Shown piece after piece: positions 1 to 9,291 of a stretch of 64,000 nucleotides of DNA. How positions within the stretch are numbered: the stretch's first letter is position 1; each line of letters begins with the position of its first letter. The notes under the pieces are model-generated. The model saw only the letters and a list, made by a program, of their open reading frames with translations, was not told the DNA's origin and searched no databases. The stretch comes from Cenarchaeum sp. (GTDB lineage: Archaea; Thermoproteota; Nitrososphaeria; Nitrososphaerales; Nitrosopumilaceae), in assembly GCA_965206845.1 (NCBI GenBank), contig OZ242221.1:544001-608000 (forward strand). The letters are read 5' to 3'. The position numbers were made by a program, and so were the translations under genes.

Positions 1-416
1 ATTGCATCTCTCAGGGTTGAAAGCAGAACCAAATCTATGCCGTGTTCTGTCAGGATTTCGACTATCTCGGTGTTAAGGCACAAAGGCGCAGCAGACTAAC
101 CGATGTGCGCCTTCTTGGATACCATGCCTGAATGTGAGCCATCTGTCATTTTGTCTTTCATGGAGTCTTCCATCATGGAGTCGCCTGCTATCGTCCTCCA
201 TCATGGAGTCAGAGGCCAGAAAGGCATCTCTGACGTACAGCGCTAGTGGATCGTTGCACTTGATTGCGCAGATAGAAACTCCGTCCCTCAGCTGCTACTG
301 TGGTGGACTGTACATTCCCGATTCGGCAGGCACCGGGCTGCCGGACTCGCCGCAAAAGACAGATCAGCACCAAATCCCATCAGGGCACCCACTGCGTGTA
401 CGGCAGAGTCGTCCAT
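1..416 (-). pseudogene. Degraded remnant of a thaumarchaeal exported protein
   Basis: Minus-strand translation gives YSPPQ*QLRDGVSICAIKCNDPLALYVRD...DSMMEDD/DSMMEDSMKDKM...KAHIG*SAAPLCLNTEIVEILTEHG. This resembles the 'SPLKQ..G.....C..L....' and Met/Asp-rich linker motifs of Nitrosopumilaceae secreted proteins, with in-frame stops and frameshifts. It runs off the window edge. Confidence 0.35.
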
Positions 417-512
417 AGGGTAGAGCAATTCCGTTTGCTGTGTGTACCGAGAAGATTATATATTGCTCATATTAGACATTTTATAATGGCAGCGAAACAG
501 AAAGTGGTACCC

Positions 513-599
513 ATGGAATGCGATGATAGCATTGATTGGAGTGAAGTGGCGGGACTCTCCTGGATCTTTGAGGAGGATCAGTATCACACATCAGACTGA
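513..599 (+). CDS. Putative 28-aa acidic peptide MECDDSIDWSEVAGLSWIFEEDQYHTSD
   Basis: ATG lies ~26-30 nt after a TATA-like TTTTATAA (~479-486). The repeat homology starts at this ATG, and the ORF is intact in both copies. Confidence 0.4.
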   Translation: MECDDSIDWSEVAGLSWIFEEDQYHTSD

Positions 600-865
600 T
601 GTGCCCCACATAGGCCCCCTGCCCACGAGTCATGCGCATCGCCACTTACACACCAAGTCAGGCGTGAAAACCTGTCCGCATGCACGAGCTCGCACCAAAT
701 AAGACAGAACTGACATGGTACACATACAGGTGCGGATTTTTTATTTAACACCGTCCAGACAGCTGGACGTGCAGGATGTAGAAGAGATCATAGACGCAGG
801 GCAGAGGTGCCTCAATCTGGGCAACCCAAAGGAGGCCCTGAAATACTTTGAGATGGCGCAGAAGA
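513..865 (+). repeat. ~353-bp imperfect direct repeat, copy A (of 1408-1760)
   Basis: Colinear with 1408-1760 at a constant 895-bp offset. About 30 mismatches counted by eye, mostly transitions. Confidence 0.95.
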
Positions 866-894
866 GATCCTGGTTGTCACCGCACCGATTGTGA
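769..894 (+). pseudogene. Truncated 5' duplicate of the TPR gene at 1664-2158
   Basis: The first ~32 codons match (VQDVEEIIDAGQRCLNLGNPKEALKYFEMAQK). Homology then ends at 865 and a stop follows at 892-894. Confidence 0.8.
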
Positions 895-1407
895 AATGGG
901 TTCTGATGCCAAGAAGGCCCCGGTACAAGATTCCGCCGAACTAGGCCGCCCTCCCCTTGTGAGAGACGGCCGGTTTTCCTTGGTTCTCATGAAGGCATGA
1001 CAGCACCCCTCCATACGGCATGCCGGTTCCCAACTATACGTGATCCAAAGGAGGCCGCCCTTATGAGCGGGATGTAGATCACCGGCATGTGGCTCCGGCT
1101 TCCGGTTTGCCACCAATGGAAAAGAAGGCGAGAAGCGCAGGAATTGGCATCGGAGCAAGAAGATGCTCACCGGGGTGCCGCGATCTGCCGATCGGCAAGC
1201 TTTTCGGTTTTAGAGTGACGAACGATTGCAGTCCCACCACTCCTCCTGCCGGACAATGCTTGGCACGCCCGGGTCAAGATCTTTTACCGGAGTCTGGCAT
1301 CACTAACTAAACACCACTAGCGGATTCTTGGGGAATTTTTGGACAAGGCCACAGCATAAGAATAAATTATTCATGAAGATTATAAGTAAAAATCAGCACA
1401 ATAACAC

Positions 1408-1494
1408 ATGGCATGCGACGATGGCATTGATTGGAGTGAAGTGATGGGACTCTCCTGGATCTTTGAGGAAGATCAGTATCACGCATCAGACTGA
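1408..1494 (+). CDS. Putative 28-aa acidic peptide MACDDGIDWSEVMGLSWIFEEDQYHASD
   Basis: ATG lies ~25 nt after TTATAA (~1380-1385). Paralog of 513-599. Confidence 0.4.
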   Translation: MACDDGIDWSEVMGLSWIFEEDQYHASD

Positions 1495-1760
1495 CGTGCT
1501 CCGTGTAGGCCTCCCGCCCACGAGTCATGCGCATCGCCACTTACACACCAAGTCAGGCGTGAAAACCTGTCCGCATGCACGAGCCCGCACCAAATGAGAC
1601 GGAGCTTGCACAACACGCATGCAGGTGCGAATTTTTTATTTAACACCGTCCAGACAGCTGGACGTGCAGGATGTAGAAGAGATCATAGACGCAGGGCAGA
1701 AGTGCCTCAATCTGGGCAACCCAAAGGAGGCCCTGGAGTACTTTGAGATGGCGCAGAAGA
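1408..1760 (+). repeat. ~353-bp imperfect direct repeat, copy B
   Basis: See copy A. This copy contains the small ORF, the spacer, the promoter and the 5' end of the intact TPR gene. Confidence 0.95.
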
Positions 1761-2158
1761 TGGATCCCGAGAACGTCGAGATGCAGGTAAGGAAGGGCAA
1801 TGTGCTTGGCAGGCTGGGAAGGTACGAGCAAGCCGTCTCGTGCTATGACCGTGCCCTGGAGCGCAGTCCGGACAACATTCTGGCATCGGTCAACAGAGGA
1901 CTGGCGCTGCACTTTTTGAAGAGATACGACGAGGCGGTATCACAGTATCAGGAGGCACTCGCCATAAAGCCGGACAGCGCCCTCATACTTTACAGCATGG
2001 CGTCAAGCTTGGTCATGCAGGGCAAAGCGGATCGCGGGCTGGAGATCCTGCAGAGGGCGGTCAGGCTCGACTACACATACGGCATCAAGGCAAAACACGA
2101 CATGGACTTTGAGAAGATGTGGCAGAAGCGCAGGTTTCAGAAGATCGTCCGCAGGTAG
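1664..2158 (+). CDS. Tetratricopeptide repeat protein
   Basis: About 4 TPR motifs (KGNVLGRLGRYEQAVSCYDRALERSP). GTG at 1664 lies ~25 nt after TTTATTTA. The ORF track starts at 1619. Confidence 0.9.
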   Translation: MQDVEEIIDAGQKCLNLGNPKEALEYFEMAQKMDPENVEMQVRKGNVLGRLGRYEQAVSCYDRALERSPDNILASVNRGLALHFLKRYDEAVSQYQEALAIKPDSALILYSMASSLVMQGKADRGLEILQRAVRLDYTYGIKAKHDMDFEKMWQKRRFQKIVRR

Positions 2159-2255
2159 AGCGCAAAAAAACTAAATCCCATCATGCCCTACGGGTGGCAT
2201 CGCCGCAAAGAATCCCCGGCAGGAATCGACAAGCGTCCTTCCGTGTGTACTGATA

Positions 2256-3008
2256 GTGAGCGCAGCACTGTTCAGCGTGGCGTACAGCTCGCAATTCATC
2301 AGGTTCGGCTCGATAGTCACAGTTGCAATAGCCGGCAGCATGCTGATACTTGCCGTAAGGGGCCGCAGCGCCATGGGCGCCACGATAACTGCCATCGGCG
2401 TTGCAACCATACTGATGAGCTCCATAATACAGGGCGATCTGGATCTGAAGACGGAGAACATCAAGGCGCACCTGTTCTGGTGGGATCAGCAGCCGCAGAA
2501 GATGCAGGCGCTGGAGGGATTTCCCACATGGGGCAAGATCTGGAGCCTCTCCACCGGAACCGTCTGCATCCTACTGGGCATGATATCTGCATACAGGCAC
2601 GGCATGATATCTGTAAGAAACAGGCTGCCCTTTGACTATCCGTATCCCGTATGGAAGAGCAGCCAGCAGGAGATCACGCAACATAGCGCAAGCTTGGTTC
2701 CACTGAAGAGTTTGCTGTCCCAGAGAGAGCGCCTCATGCTGGCCAGGTACAGAGATGTGATTCGTAATTAGCACGCAGGCACATTAGAGCACGATCTTTG
2801 GCATAATCATACGAAAGTTGCATGCTTTGGAGCGCACATCTGTAAGATTATGGGCATCGAAGACCCGATTCTTAATTGCGGATCATGTCTCAGGCTGATT
2901 CTGGTGATGATCGAGAACAGAAGATACCTGGTCAAAAAGGACGAGATGGTGCCAGAGGAATGCACCGTGATCAGAACCGCAGACGGCAAGTCGATCTGCG
3001 GCCTGTAG
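2256..3008 (+). pseudogene. Membrane protein gene interrupted by MITE copy 1
   Basis: Hydrophobic helices. Removing 2753-2893 restores ...LMLARY-RLILVMIENRRYLVKKDEMVPEECTVIRTADGKSICGL* (stop at 3006-3008). The frame is open upstream to 2175, so the true start is uncertain. Confidence 0.8.
2753..2890 (+). mobile_element. 138-bp MITE, copy 1
   Basis: 18-bp imperfect TIRs AGATGTGATTCGTAATTA / TAATTGCGGATCATGTCT. CAG duplicated at 2750-2752 and 2891-2893. Three substitutions relative to copies 2/4/5. Confidence 0.95.
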
Positions 3009-3108
3009 GCACCAAGGGCCGCATGGCAAGGAAAGACATATGTTCTGAGAGGGCAGGATCGGCGGCACGGACAGTCTATTTATTGGGTTTGGTGTTACCA
3101 TATCTGCG

Positions 3109-4122
3109 TTGAGGATTGCGGTAATGGGAATGGGAGTAGCAGGCTCGTACCTGATGGCCCGGCTGGCAGACTCGGAACACGAGGCCGTAGGGTATGAGAG
3201 AAGCACGGAGCAGAACCACGACTCGATATGCGCCTGGGGCACTATCAGGCCAGAGCTTGAAGGCTTTTGTAAAAAGGTCGGAAGGAACTTTGGCGACTTT
3301 ATGATCCATGATGGCAAGACCATGCATGTCAGGATGAACAGTAGTGTCAAGTTCGACATCGGCCTGCACGGCCTCTGCACTTACAACAAGCTGGGTCTGA
3401 TCAAGGACCTGATCAAGGACAGCGATGTAAGGTACGGCAAGGCGCCCAAGCTGGCGGAGCTGGAGGCAGAGTATGACATGATAGTTGACTGCACGGGATT
3501 TCATCGGAGCTATCTGCCAAAGCTTGAGAAGGACTTTTTCCTACCTACATATGAATACAAGGTAGAGTACGAGAACGGTGTGCCCTACGACGACTTTTAC
3601 ATCGAGCCGTTCCCCGGAATGTCGGGATATTTTTGGTACTTTCCGCTGGGGGAGCGGTGGGCCCACATCGGGGCAGGCGACTACTACAAGAACCACGTCA
3701 AGGCAACAAACGACTTTTTGAAGAAGCACGGCGGAAAGATACACAAGACAAAGGGCCGCCCCATAAGGCTGGCCACGCCGGGCCTGTGCAAGCCGTTCTA
3801 CAACGGAAAGGTGGTAGGAGTCGGCGAGTCCATCGGGACGGTGTACGCGCTTCTGGGCGAGGGAATAATTCCCAGCATGCAGTGCGTCGACATATTCCTA
3901 GACAACATGCACGATTTTGAGGCGTATGAGATGGCAGTTGACGAGCACTACAACGTATACAACAAGGTGTTCCGGTTTGTGCACGCCAAGATACACAAGG
4001 ACTTTAACATCATAAGATCCCTGCCGGACTTTATATCCATATTCAGGTACATGAAGAAGAACGAGGGCAGGTTTGGAATGGATATCAAGATAGGTGACCT
4101 CATCAAGGTGGCCAGGGCATAG
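3109..4122 (+). CDS. NAD(P)/FAD-dependent oxidoreductase, geranylgeranyl reductase-like family
   Basis: Motifs: N-terminal GMGVAG Rossmann, VDCTG, GYFWYFP and VGESIG...GEGI. Confidence 0.85.
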   Translation: MRIAVMGMGVAGSYLMARLADSEHEAVGYERSTEQNHDSICAWGTIRPELEGFCKKVGRNFGDFMIHDGKTMHVRMNSSVKFDIGLHGLCTYNKLGLIKDLIKDSDVRYGKAPKLAELEAEYDMIVDCTGFHRSYLPKLEKDFFLPTYEYKVEYENGVPYDDFYIEPFPGMSGYFWYFPLGERWAHIGAGDYYKNHVKATNDFLKKHGGKIHKTKGRPIRLATPGLCKPFYNGKVVGVGESIGTVYALLGEGIIPSMQCVDIFLDNMHDFEAYEMAVDEHYNVYNKVFRFVHAKIHKDFNIIRSLPDFISIFRYMKKNEGRFGMDIKIGDLIKVARA

Positions 4123-4229
4123 CAGAGATCAGCTGTTCGTCAGGATATGACTGAGCGCGGGCCAGGCGCCCACACCGTCATCGTTTACGCCCAAACCCGC
4201 ACGGAGCGGACAGAAGCATCCAAGCAGGC

Positions 4230-4850
4230 CTAGCTCCTCAGCTCGCCGGGGTTGTAGCTGTACGAGGCGCTCGAGTACGCCCTGCCGCCGTAGTACACGT
4301 GAATGTCATACTCACCAAGCTCCCGGAATACGGGATCCGATGCCAGAAAGCCGTACGAGCCGTCAGAGTTTGGCGGGATCTTTGCAATTGCCAGAACCCT
4401 GCCTGCCGAGTTGGAGATCACGATTCCCACCTCGTGGTCTTCCACCAGGTTGCTTACAAGGCCAAATATCATGATGTTGTCGCCACGACCGTACTGCTCC
4501 TTGTTGGTGTGCACCGATATGGTCAGGGCATCAGTTGCGTTAGTCATGCTCTGAATTGTTGCCTCGTGCTCTGCGATCTGGTCTCTCAGGGCCTGGTTTT
4601 CTATCTCCAGCAGTGCTACCTGGGGAACCGTTATCATGTCAGTCTCGATCATGAACTGGATGTTTGCCACCAGTCTCTGGTCATCCGCATCCCCCTGCGC
4701 CCAGGACAGTATGTTCTGCCGGATATAGTCCGGAATGGAGCTCTGAATCTGGGCAGATGCGGCAACCGTAACTGCCAATGTGGCAAATATCAGCAGGCAT
4801 ATGAACAGCAGGCGCGTACCTCTCAAGTGCACATAGTGTCTCACCATCAT
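4230..4850 (-). CDS. Secreted thaumarchaeal protein (signal peptide, IPxWI-type domain, coiled coil, Ig-like domain)
   Basis: Hydrophobic N-terminus. IPDYIRQNILSWAQGDADDQRLVANIQFMIE resembles the common Nitrosopumilaceae 'IP.WIK..A.WW..G.I.D..F...IQ.LI' domain. The ISVHTNKEQYGRGDNIMIFG segment starts an Ig-like domain. Confidence 0.75.
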   Translation of the reverse strand: MMVRHYVHLRGTRLLFICLLIFATLAVTVAASAQIQSSIPDYIRQNILSWAQGDADDQRLVANIQFMIETDMITVPQVALLEIENQALRDQIAEHEATIQSMTNATDALTISVHTNKEQYGRGDNIMIFGLVSNLVEDHEVGIVISNSAGRVLAIAKIPPNSDGSYGFLASDPVFRELGEYDIHVYYGGRAYSSASYSYNPGELRS

Positions 4851-5095
4851 ATATGAAATACGTGGTTAAAAAAAGATAATATCTGTTTTGTATGTCTGAT
4901 AATTCTGTAGCAATGTAGCTGTCGGCCAGGCGGATCTGCCATCGATCTTGTGCATACTAACAGGGAATATCCAGACCACCCGTGACCCCCATCACGCATG
5001 CAGGGGCCATCCCTGCCGCGCGTGCGACGGGACTGCACAGCAAGTGGCGCGGCTGCACGATCGGCGCACGTAAGGCAGAAGGCTGTCGGATTGGC

Positions 5096-5797
5096 TCAAA
5101 GGCTGACAGCCCCAAAGCCCTCCCGCACGGTGCGCGCAGACTCGAGGTTGTACCGGTATATTATCCCCGAGTACTCCTGCAGAAGATCCATCATGCCGTC
5201 CACCGAATCCGCAAGGTAGAATCCCGGGCAGTCTCCGGTGAATTGAAATGTAGCGTGAACCCGGGCACGACCGCCCTCGCCTGCAAGCCACGTGGAGAAG
5301 GGATACAGATAACAGACGCCCGGTCGTCCGGGATGGATGCCGCACGCCCCGTCCCCGTCAAGAAACCTGCACGACACATGCGTGCCGTCGTCGGCCGCCG
5401 TCTCGCCCTCTTTTCTCTTCAGATTGATCATGGTCATCAACGTACTACGGCCGTCGGGTCCTGCTTCCTCCCAGGTAGCGGTCACAGTCTCCTCCCTGAC
5501 AAAGTCCGATGCCCGACGGTACTTTAGTCCAGTGCCTATGGTGATCAGATCATCGTATGTCAACGGCAGCCTTCCCTGCCTGTTGCAGCAGTTGTGGCAG
5601 TCTGGCCAATAGCACTTCCACAGCACATACTTTTTGTGATCCACAAGGTACGGGATGTGAAATGTCACGTCACCTGTTTGTACCACACGATCCGACACGT
5701 TTGATATCCTGCGCAGTACAAAGTCCTTGATAACGGGATCGATGTCCCAGTCACGCTCCAGCAGCATTAGGGACTCAGATATCTTGTCCTGAGACAA
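5096..5797 (-). CDS. YkgJ-family cysteine cluster (putative Fe-S) protein
   Basis: Motifs: CxxxxCxxCC (CYWPDCHNCC), CRFL...CGIH..RP..C.LYPF and CPG. Confidence 0.85.
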   Translation of the reverse strand: MSQDKISESLMLLERDWDIDPVIKDFVLRRISNVSDRVVQTGDVTFHIPYLVDHKKYVLWKCYWPDCHNCCNRQGRLPLTYDDLITIGTGLKYRRASDFVREETVTATWEEAGPDGRSTLMTMINLKRKEGETAADDGTHVSCRFLDGDGACGIHPGRPGVCYLYPFSTWLAGEGGRARVHATFQFTGDCPGFYLADSVDGMMDLLQEYSGIIYRYNLESARTVREGFGAVSL

Positions 5798-5829
5798 ATC
5801 AAGTTATAACCCGCACGGTATTGTTATTA

Positions 5830-6174
5830 ATGTTGGGCGTCAAAGGCAAATACGCGGCGGCAACAGAGAGCAGGCGGTTTGTCTGGAAGGAGATAGTCTG
5901 GCCGCTGATACTGGAGGTAAACGATGTAGCCTTTACCTTGGAGCAGTACCAGGTAAAGCGCGACTACGTCTCAAGAAGGGACGGCATCAGCATCTACAGG
6001 CTCTCCCGCGGACTGGCATCCCTGCTGCAAAAGGGCCTGCTGAACAAGGAGAACAAGCTGTACTCGATCCACTACCGCCTCATCCCATACATGAGGCTCA
6101 AGGCCGAATGCGATTATGCCACGGCGCTAAACGAGACAAAGATGTGGCCAGTGGTGAAGATCGCACAGGGGTAG
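5830..6174 (+). CDS. Hypothetical protein, winged-helix-like
   Basis: Clean ORF divergent from the YkgJ gene. The LSRGLASLLQKGLLNKENKLYSI segment has a helix-wing pattern. Confidence 0.65.
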   Translation: MLGVKGKYAAATESRRFVWKEIVWPLILEVNDVAFTLEQYQVKRDYVSRRDGISIYRLSRGLASLLQKGLLNKENKLYSIHYRLIPYMRLKAECDYATALNETKMWPVVKIAQG

Positions 6175-6395
6175 GACAGGTAGTCCGGACAGCCATTTGC
6201 GGCTGTGTCCTAGAGACATAACCCCACAATCATCCGCCGTCGTCGCGTCGGTACGGGTATTCTTCGAATTCTTGGGATTGCGGTATTTTTCCCACATCTC
6301 CGGCTTCAAACGCTGTCCGAAACTGTAAAATCCCATCCGATCCAAGGGATGGTGCGCAGGCTCCCCTACGGGCGGCGCGGGTGTCTCCGCGCCGG

Positions 6396-7499
6396 TTATG
6401 CAGCCATTGCAGTGAGCGACTCGTGCGTGAGCCTGCCGCTTTTTACGTGCGATCGCGCGACTACCCCTATGTTGTAACAAATGATCCGGATTGCAACCTC
6501 TCGGTTCTGCCGGACGAGCCTCCTGCCCCGGAGGTGGTTCCCGTACATCTTCTTGATTGCCCCAAAGACGGCTTCGATTATGCTGCGCTGGTGGTACTCT
6601 GCCATGAACCTGTCAAGGTCGTCCCTGTGGGTCCGGGTCATCTCGCCCCAGGCTTGGCTGCCGCCGTTCTTGCAGGTCGTGTTGGATTTGGGCAGGATGC
6701 GGGGCGTCATGCCCATGCCGGCTATCGCGTCGCATATCAGTCTGGCTAGGTAGGCCGAGTCCAGGCAAAAGTTGCCGTTCCCGTCCGCAAGCCGGTCCAA
6801 CATGGGCCACATGCCGGTGATGTCGGAGGTGTATCCGTCGGTGACGTGATAGTCCAGGATGGCTCTGGTCGCGATATCGATGATGCTGTGAAGCTTGATC
6901 CACCCGCGCTTGGTCTTGGCCTGGCTGTGGCGGATGCTGAACCAGCGGACGAACCGGTTGCCTGAGTAGCCGGTGCTGTCCCCGGCCAGCGAACCGGCCA
7001 CGATGTCGCCTGTGATCCTCAGGTGAACCTCGCGCAGGTACGACTCGGGGATCAGGCCGTAGGCGCGCCATATGGTGCTCTTGGAGGGTATCCCGGACAG
7101 TCCGATCCTGCTGACAAGATCCGGGTGCATTCTGAGGCAGCCCACCATCTTCCTGTAGGTCTTCATCTCTGCTTCCATCATGATGCAGACAACGGCCATG
7201 GCCTTTGGCGGATAGGCGGTCATGCCGCCCAGTCCAGAGACATGATCCGCAATTAAGAATCGGGCCTTCGATGCCCATAATCTTACAGATGTGTGCTCCA
7301 AAGCATGCAACTTTCGTATGATTATGCCAAAGATCGTGCTCTAATATGCCTGCGTGCTAATTACGAATCACATCTCAGGTCTGGCTTGGTAGGGGTCACC
7401 CATCTCCTTGATGGTGTTCAATATGGTGCTCAGTATCAGGCCCGGCAGGTACTGCTGGACAATATTGAATGGTCGCTGATCGCGTCTTCCATCTGTCAT
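6396..7499 (-). pseudogene. IS5-family DDE transposase interrupted by MITE copy 2
   Basis: DDE motifs AGDSTG, CLDSAY and YHQRSIIEAVFGAIK. Excising 7238-7378 restores a 320-aa ORF MTDGRRDQRPFNIVQQ...DPYQARP-GLGGMTAYPP from ATG 7499. Confidence 0.92.
7238..7375 (-). mobile_element. 138-bp MITE, copy 2 (nested in the IS)
   Basis: Reverse orientation. CAG at 7235-7237 and 7376-7378. Identical to copies 4 and 5 by eye. Confidence 0.95.
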
Positions 7500-7618
7500 T
7501 GGCGGGGCCGCGATCCGCCGATCAATATACCCTGCTATTTAGAGATGATCTATATCTGTAGGACACAGCCGCCATTTGCAGAATAATTATATGGCAACCG
7601 GATTGCAACAGACACTGT

Positions 7619-7713
7619 AGCCCGATAGTCTAGTTAGGTCAAGGATCTCGCGCTCTGGATCTTACCTGAGGGGATACGCGGGGACGGCAGTTCGAATCTG
7701 CCTCGGGCTACCA
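7619..7713 (+). tRNA. tRNA-Gln(CTG) with a 17-nt intron at the canonical 37/38 position (7659-7675), encoded CCA
   Basis: Acceptor stem AGCCCGA/TCGGGCT, T-arm GGCAG-TTCGAAT-CTGCC, anticodon CTG at 7655-7657, a BHB-like exon-intron junction and an upstream TTATAT box. Confidence 0.92.
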
Positions 7714-7715
7714 CC

Positions 7716-8315
7716 CTATCTTGAGGCCTGTGCTATTCTCTCCAGCTCGTTCTTCTTCTTTACCGATGGCGCGTCGGAATCGTTGTTCTGCGCCCGGATG
7801 AGGTGCTCGGCCAGGTGCTCCTCGATTGGCTTTGGGTTGGAGAAGGTCGCCTCCTTGACGCCGTCTGCGATAAACCTCAGGGCCAGGTCCACGCGTCTGA
7901 TGGGTGCCACATCCACCGACACGTGGTATACGGTGCCGCCGTAGACTATTCTCGTGGTGTCCTCGTTGGGCGCAGAGTTCTCCACTGCCCGCACCAGAAC
8001 CTCCACGGGGTTCATGCCGGTCTTGATGTGTATGATCTCAAAGGCTACCTTTACCGTGTTGAAGATGTTCATCTTCTTGCCGGTCATTCTGCCCGTATTC
8101 TTTGCGTACCTCTTGCCAAAATGCATCATCTTGTTTGCCAGCCTCTCCACTAGGTTTACGTCTGCCTTGTTGAAGCGCTTGAGTGCAGAGCGACCAAAGG
8201 TCATGGGCATGATCATCTTCTTCATGGATATAGCGGTCTTGAGGCCAGGATCCCTGACCTCGATCTTTGACATGTCCCACTTTCTGAACAGAAGCAGATT
8301 CTTTGTCTGGGCCAT
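7716..8315 (-). CDS. rps7: 30S ribosomal protein uS7
   Basis: Motifs: NPVEVLVRAVENSAPNE...SVDVAPIRRVDLALR...KKKNELERIAQASR. Confidence 0.97.
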   Translation of the reverse strand: MAQTKNLLLFRKWDMSKIEVRDPGLKTAISMKKMIMPMTFGRSALKRFNKADVNLVERLANKMMHFGKRYAKNTGRMTGKKMNIFNTVKVAFEIIHIKTGMNPVEVLVRAVENSAPNEDTTRIVYGGTVYHVSVDVAPIRRVDLALRFIADGVKEATFSNPKPIEEHLAEHLIRAQNNDSDAPSVKKKNELERIAQASR

Positions 8316-8319
8316 TGCA

Positions 8320-8757
8320 CTACCGCCTGGGTTTCTCCTTTTTTCCGATTACCAGCTCGTGCAGCGACGTGCCGTTTACCTTGAATACCTTGTACCGCAC
8401 GCCCGGAATGTCCCCCATGGCGCCGCCCTGCGTAGCCCCCATGCCTTCAATGTGCACCTCGTCGTGCTCGTCGATAAAGTTCATGGCGCCGTCGCGGGGC
8501 AGAAACGCCGTGACGGATCTGCCGTTTTTGATCAGCTGTACACGGACGCACTTTCTTACCGCAGAGTTGGGCTGCTTGGCCTCCACGCCCACCTTCTCCA
8601 GCACTATGCCGCGTGCCTGCGGCGAGCCGCCCATCGGATTTGACTTCCTGTCCAAGCCAAGCTTTCTTCGTTTGTATGTGGAGATGGACCAGCGCTGTCT
8701 CTTCTTCTTGGCCTTGAGCACGCGTCCTGCAAATAGTCCCAGCGGTGATTTTGCCAC
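8320..8757 (-). CDS. rps12: 30S ribosomal protein uS12
   Basis: Motifs: [21 protein letters not shown] and [10 protein letters not shown]. Confidence 0.98.
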   Translation of the reverse strand: MAKSPLGLFAGRVLKAKKKRQRWSISTYKRRKLGLDRKSNPMGGSPQARGIVLEKVGVEAKQPNSAVRKCVRVQLIKNGRSVTAFLPRDGAMNFIDEHDEVHIEGMGATQGGAMGDIPGVRYKVFKVNGTSLHELVIGKKEKPRR

Positions 8758-8761
8758 AGCA

Positions 8762-9226
8762 TTACAACTCCATCTTTGCAGCTTCGGGACTGTTGATTAG
8801 AACGTTGGCGATACCAAAGTATCTACGGGCAAGCAGTCTTGCCTTCTCGGCGTTGCGTCCGTCCCGGCCCACCACGAGACCCTTGTTGCGAGGATCTACT
8901 ACAACTATGGCCTGCTGTGCCCCATCGGGGCGCTTTGTTATCTTTGCCTCGGTGACCAGCTTGTTGTTTAGTAGGTTCTTCAGGAATGTTGCCGGATCCT
9001 CGTTGTACTCCACCAACTCGATGTTTCTCCCGACCATCTTCTGCAGTGTCTTGATGTGCGCCCCGTTTTTTCCTATCGCCAGGCCCATCTTGCCCGAATT
9101 TACTACAAATATGATGCGGTTCTGTTTTTCGTCCTCCACGCAGTCCCGGGGGTTTACATTGGCAACATTCTGAAACAACGACATCAGACGCATCTGATCG
9201 ATTGTCAGGTTTATTGATTGTGTCAA
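8762..9226 (-). CDS. nusA: Archaeal NusA (KH domains)
   Basis: Two KH GxxG motifs ([17 protein letters not shown]), in its conserved position next to rps12. Confidence 0.93.
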   Translation of the reverse strand: MTQSINLTIDQMRLMSLFQNVANVNPRDCVEDEKQNRIIFVVNSGKMGLAIGKNGAHIKTLQKMVGRNIELVEYNEDPATFLKNLLNNKLVTEAKITKRPDGAQQAIVVVDPRNKGLVVGRDGRNAEKARLLARRYFGIANVLINSPEAAKMEL

Positions 9227-9291
9227 GATGCCTCCATTTTAGATCAGAATCAGCCTGACTCCATTTAAACCTTCAATAGTACTGTGCACTG

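Larger units (their letters stand above)
6201..7570 (-). mobile_element. IS5-family insertion sequence (IS903-like ends), 1229 bp without the nested MITE
   Basis: TIRs GGCTGTGTCCTAGAGACATA (6201-6220) and rc GGCTGTGTCCTACAGATATA (7551-7570) match 18/20. The 9-bp TSD GCCATTTGC lies at 6192-6200 and 7571-7579. Contains a single DDE transposase. Confidence 0.95.

Noticed and set aside
2750-2893. MITE plus TSD equals 141 bp (47 codons), suggesting in-frame passage or removal as a BHB intron
   Set aside because: All six frames contain stops. The junction pairs as C-G/A.A/G-C on a continuous helix, without the two 3-nt bulges of a BHB motif.
6201-7570. This IS as the autonomous partner of the 138-bp MITE
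   Set aside because: The ends differ (GGCTGTGTCC versus AGA(C/T)(A/G)TGAT) and so does the TSD (9 bp versus 3 bp). The AGACATA similarity at 6214 is internal to the IS TIR and short.
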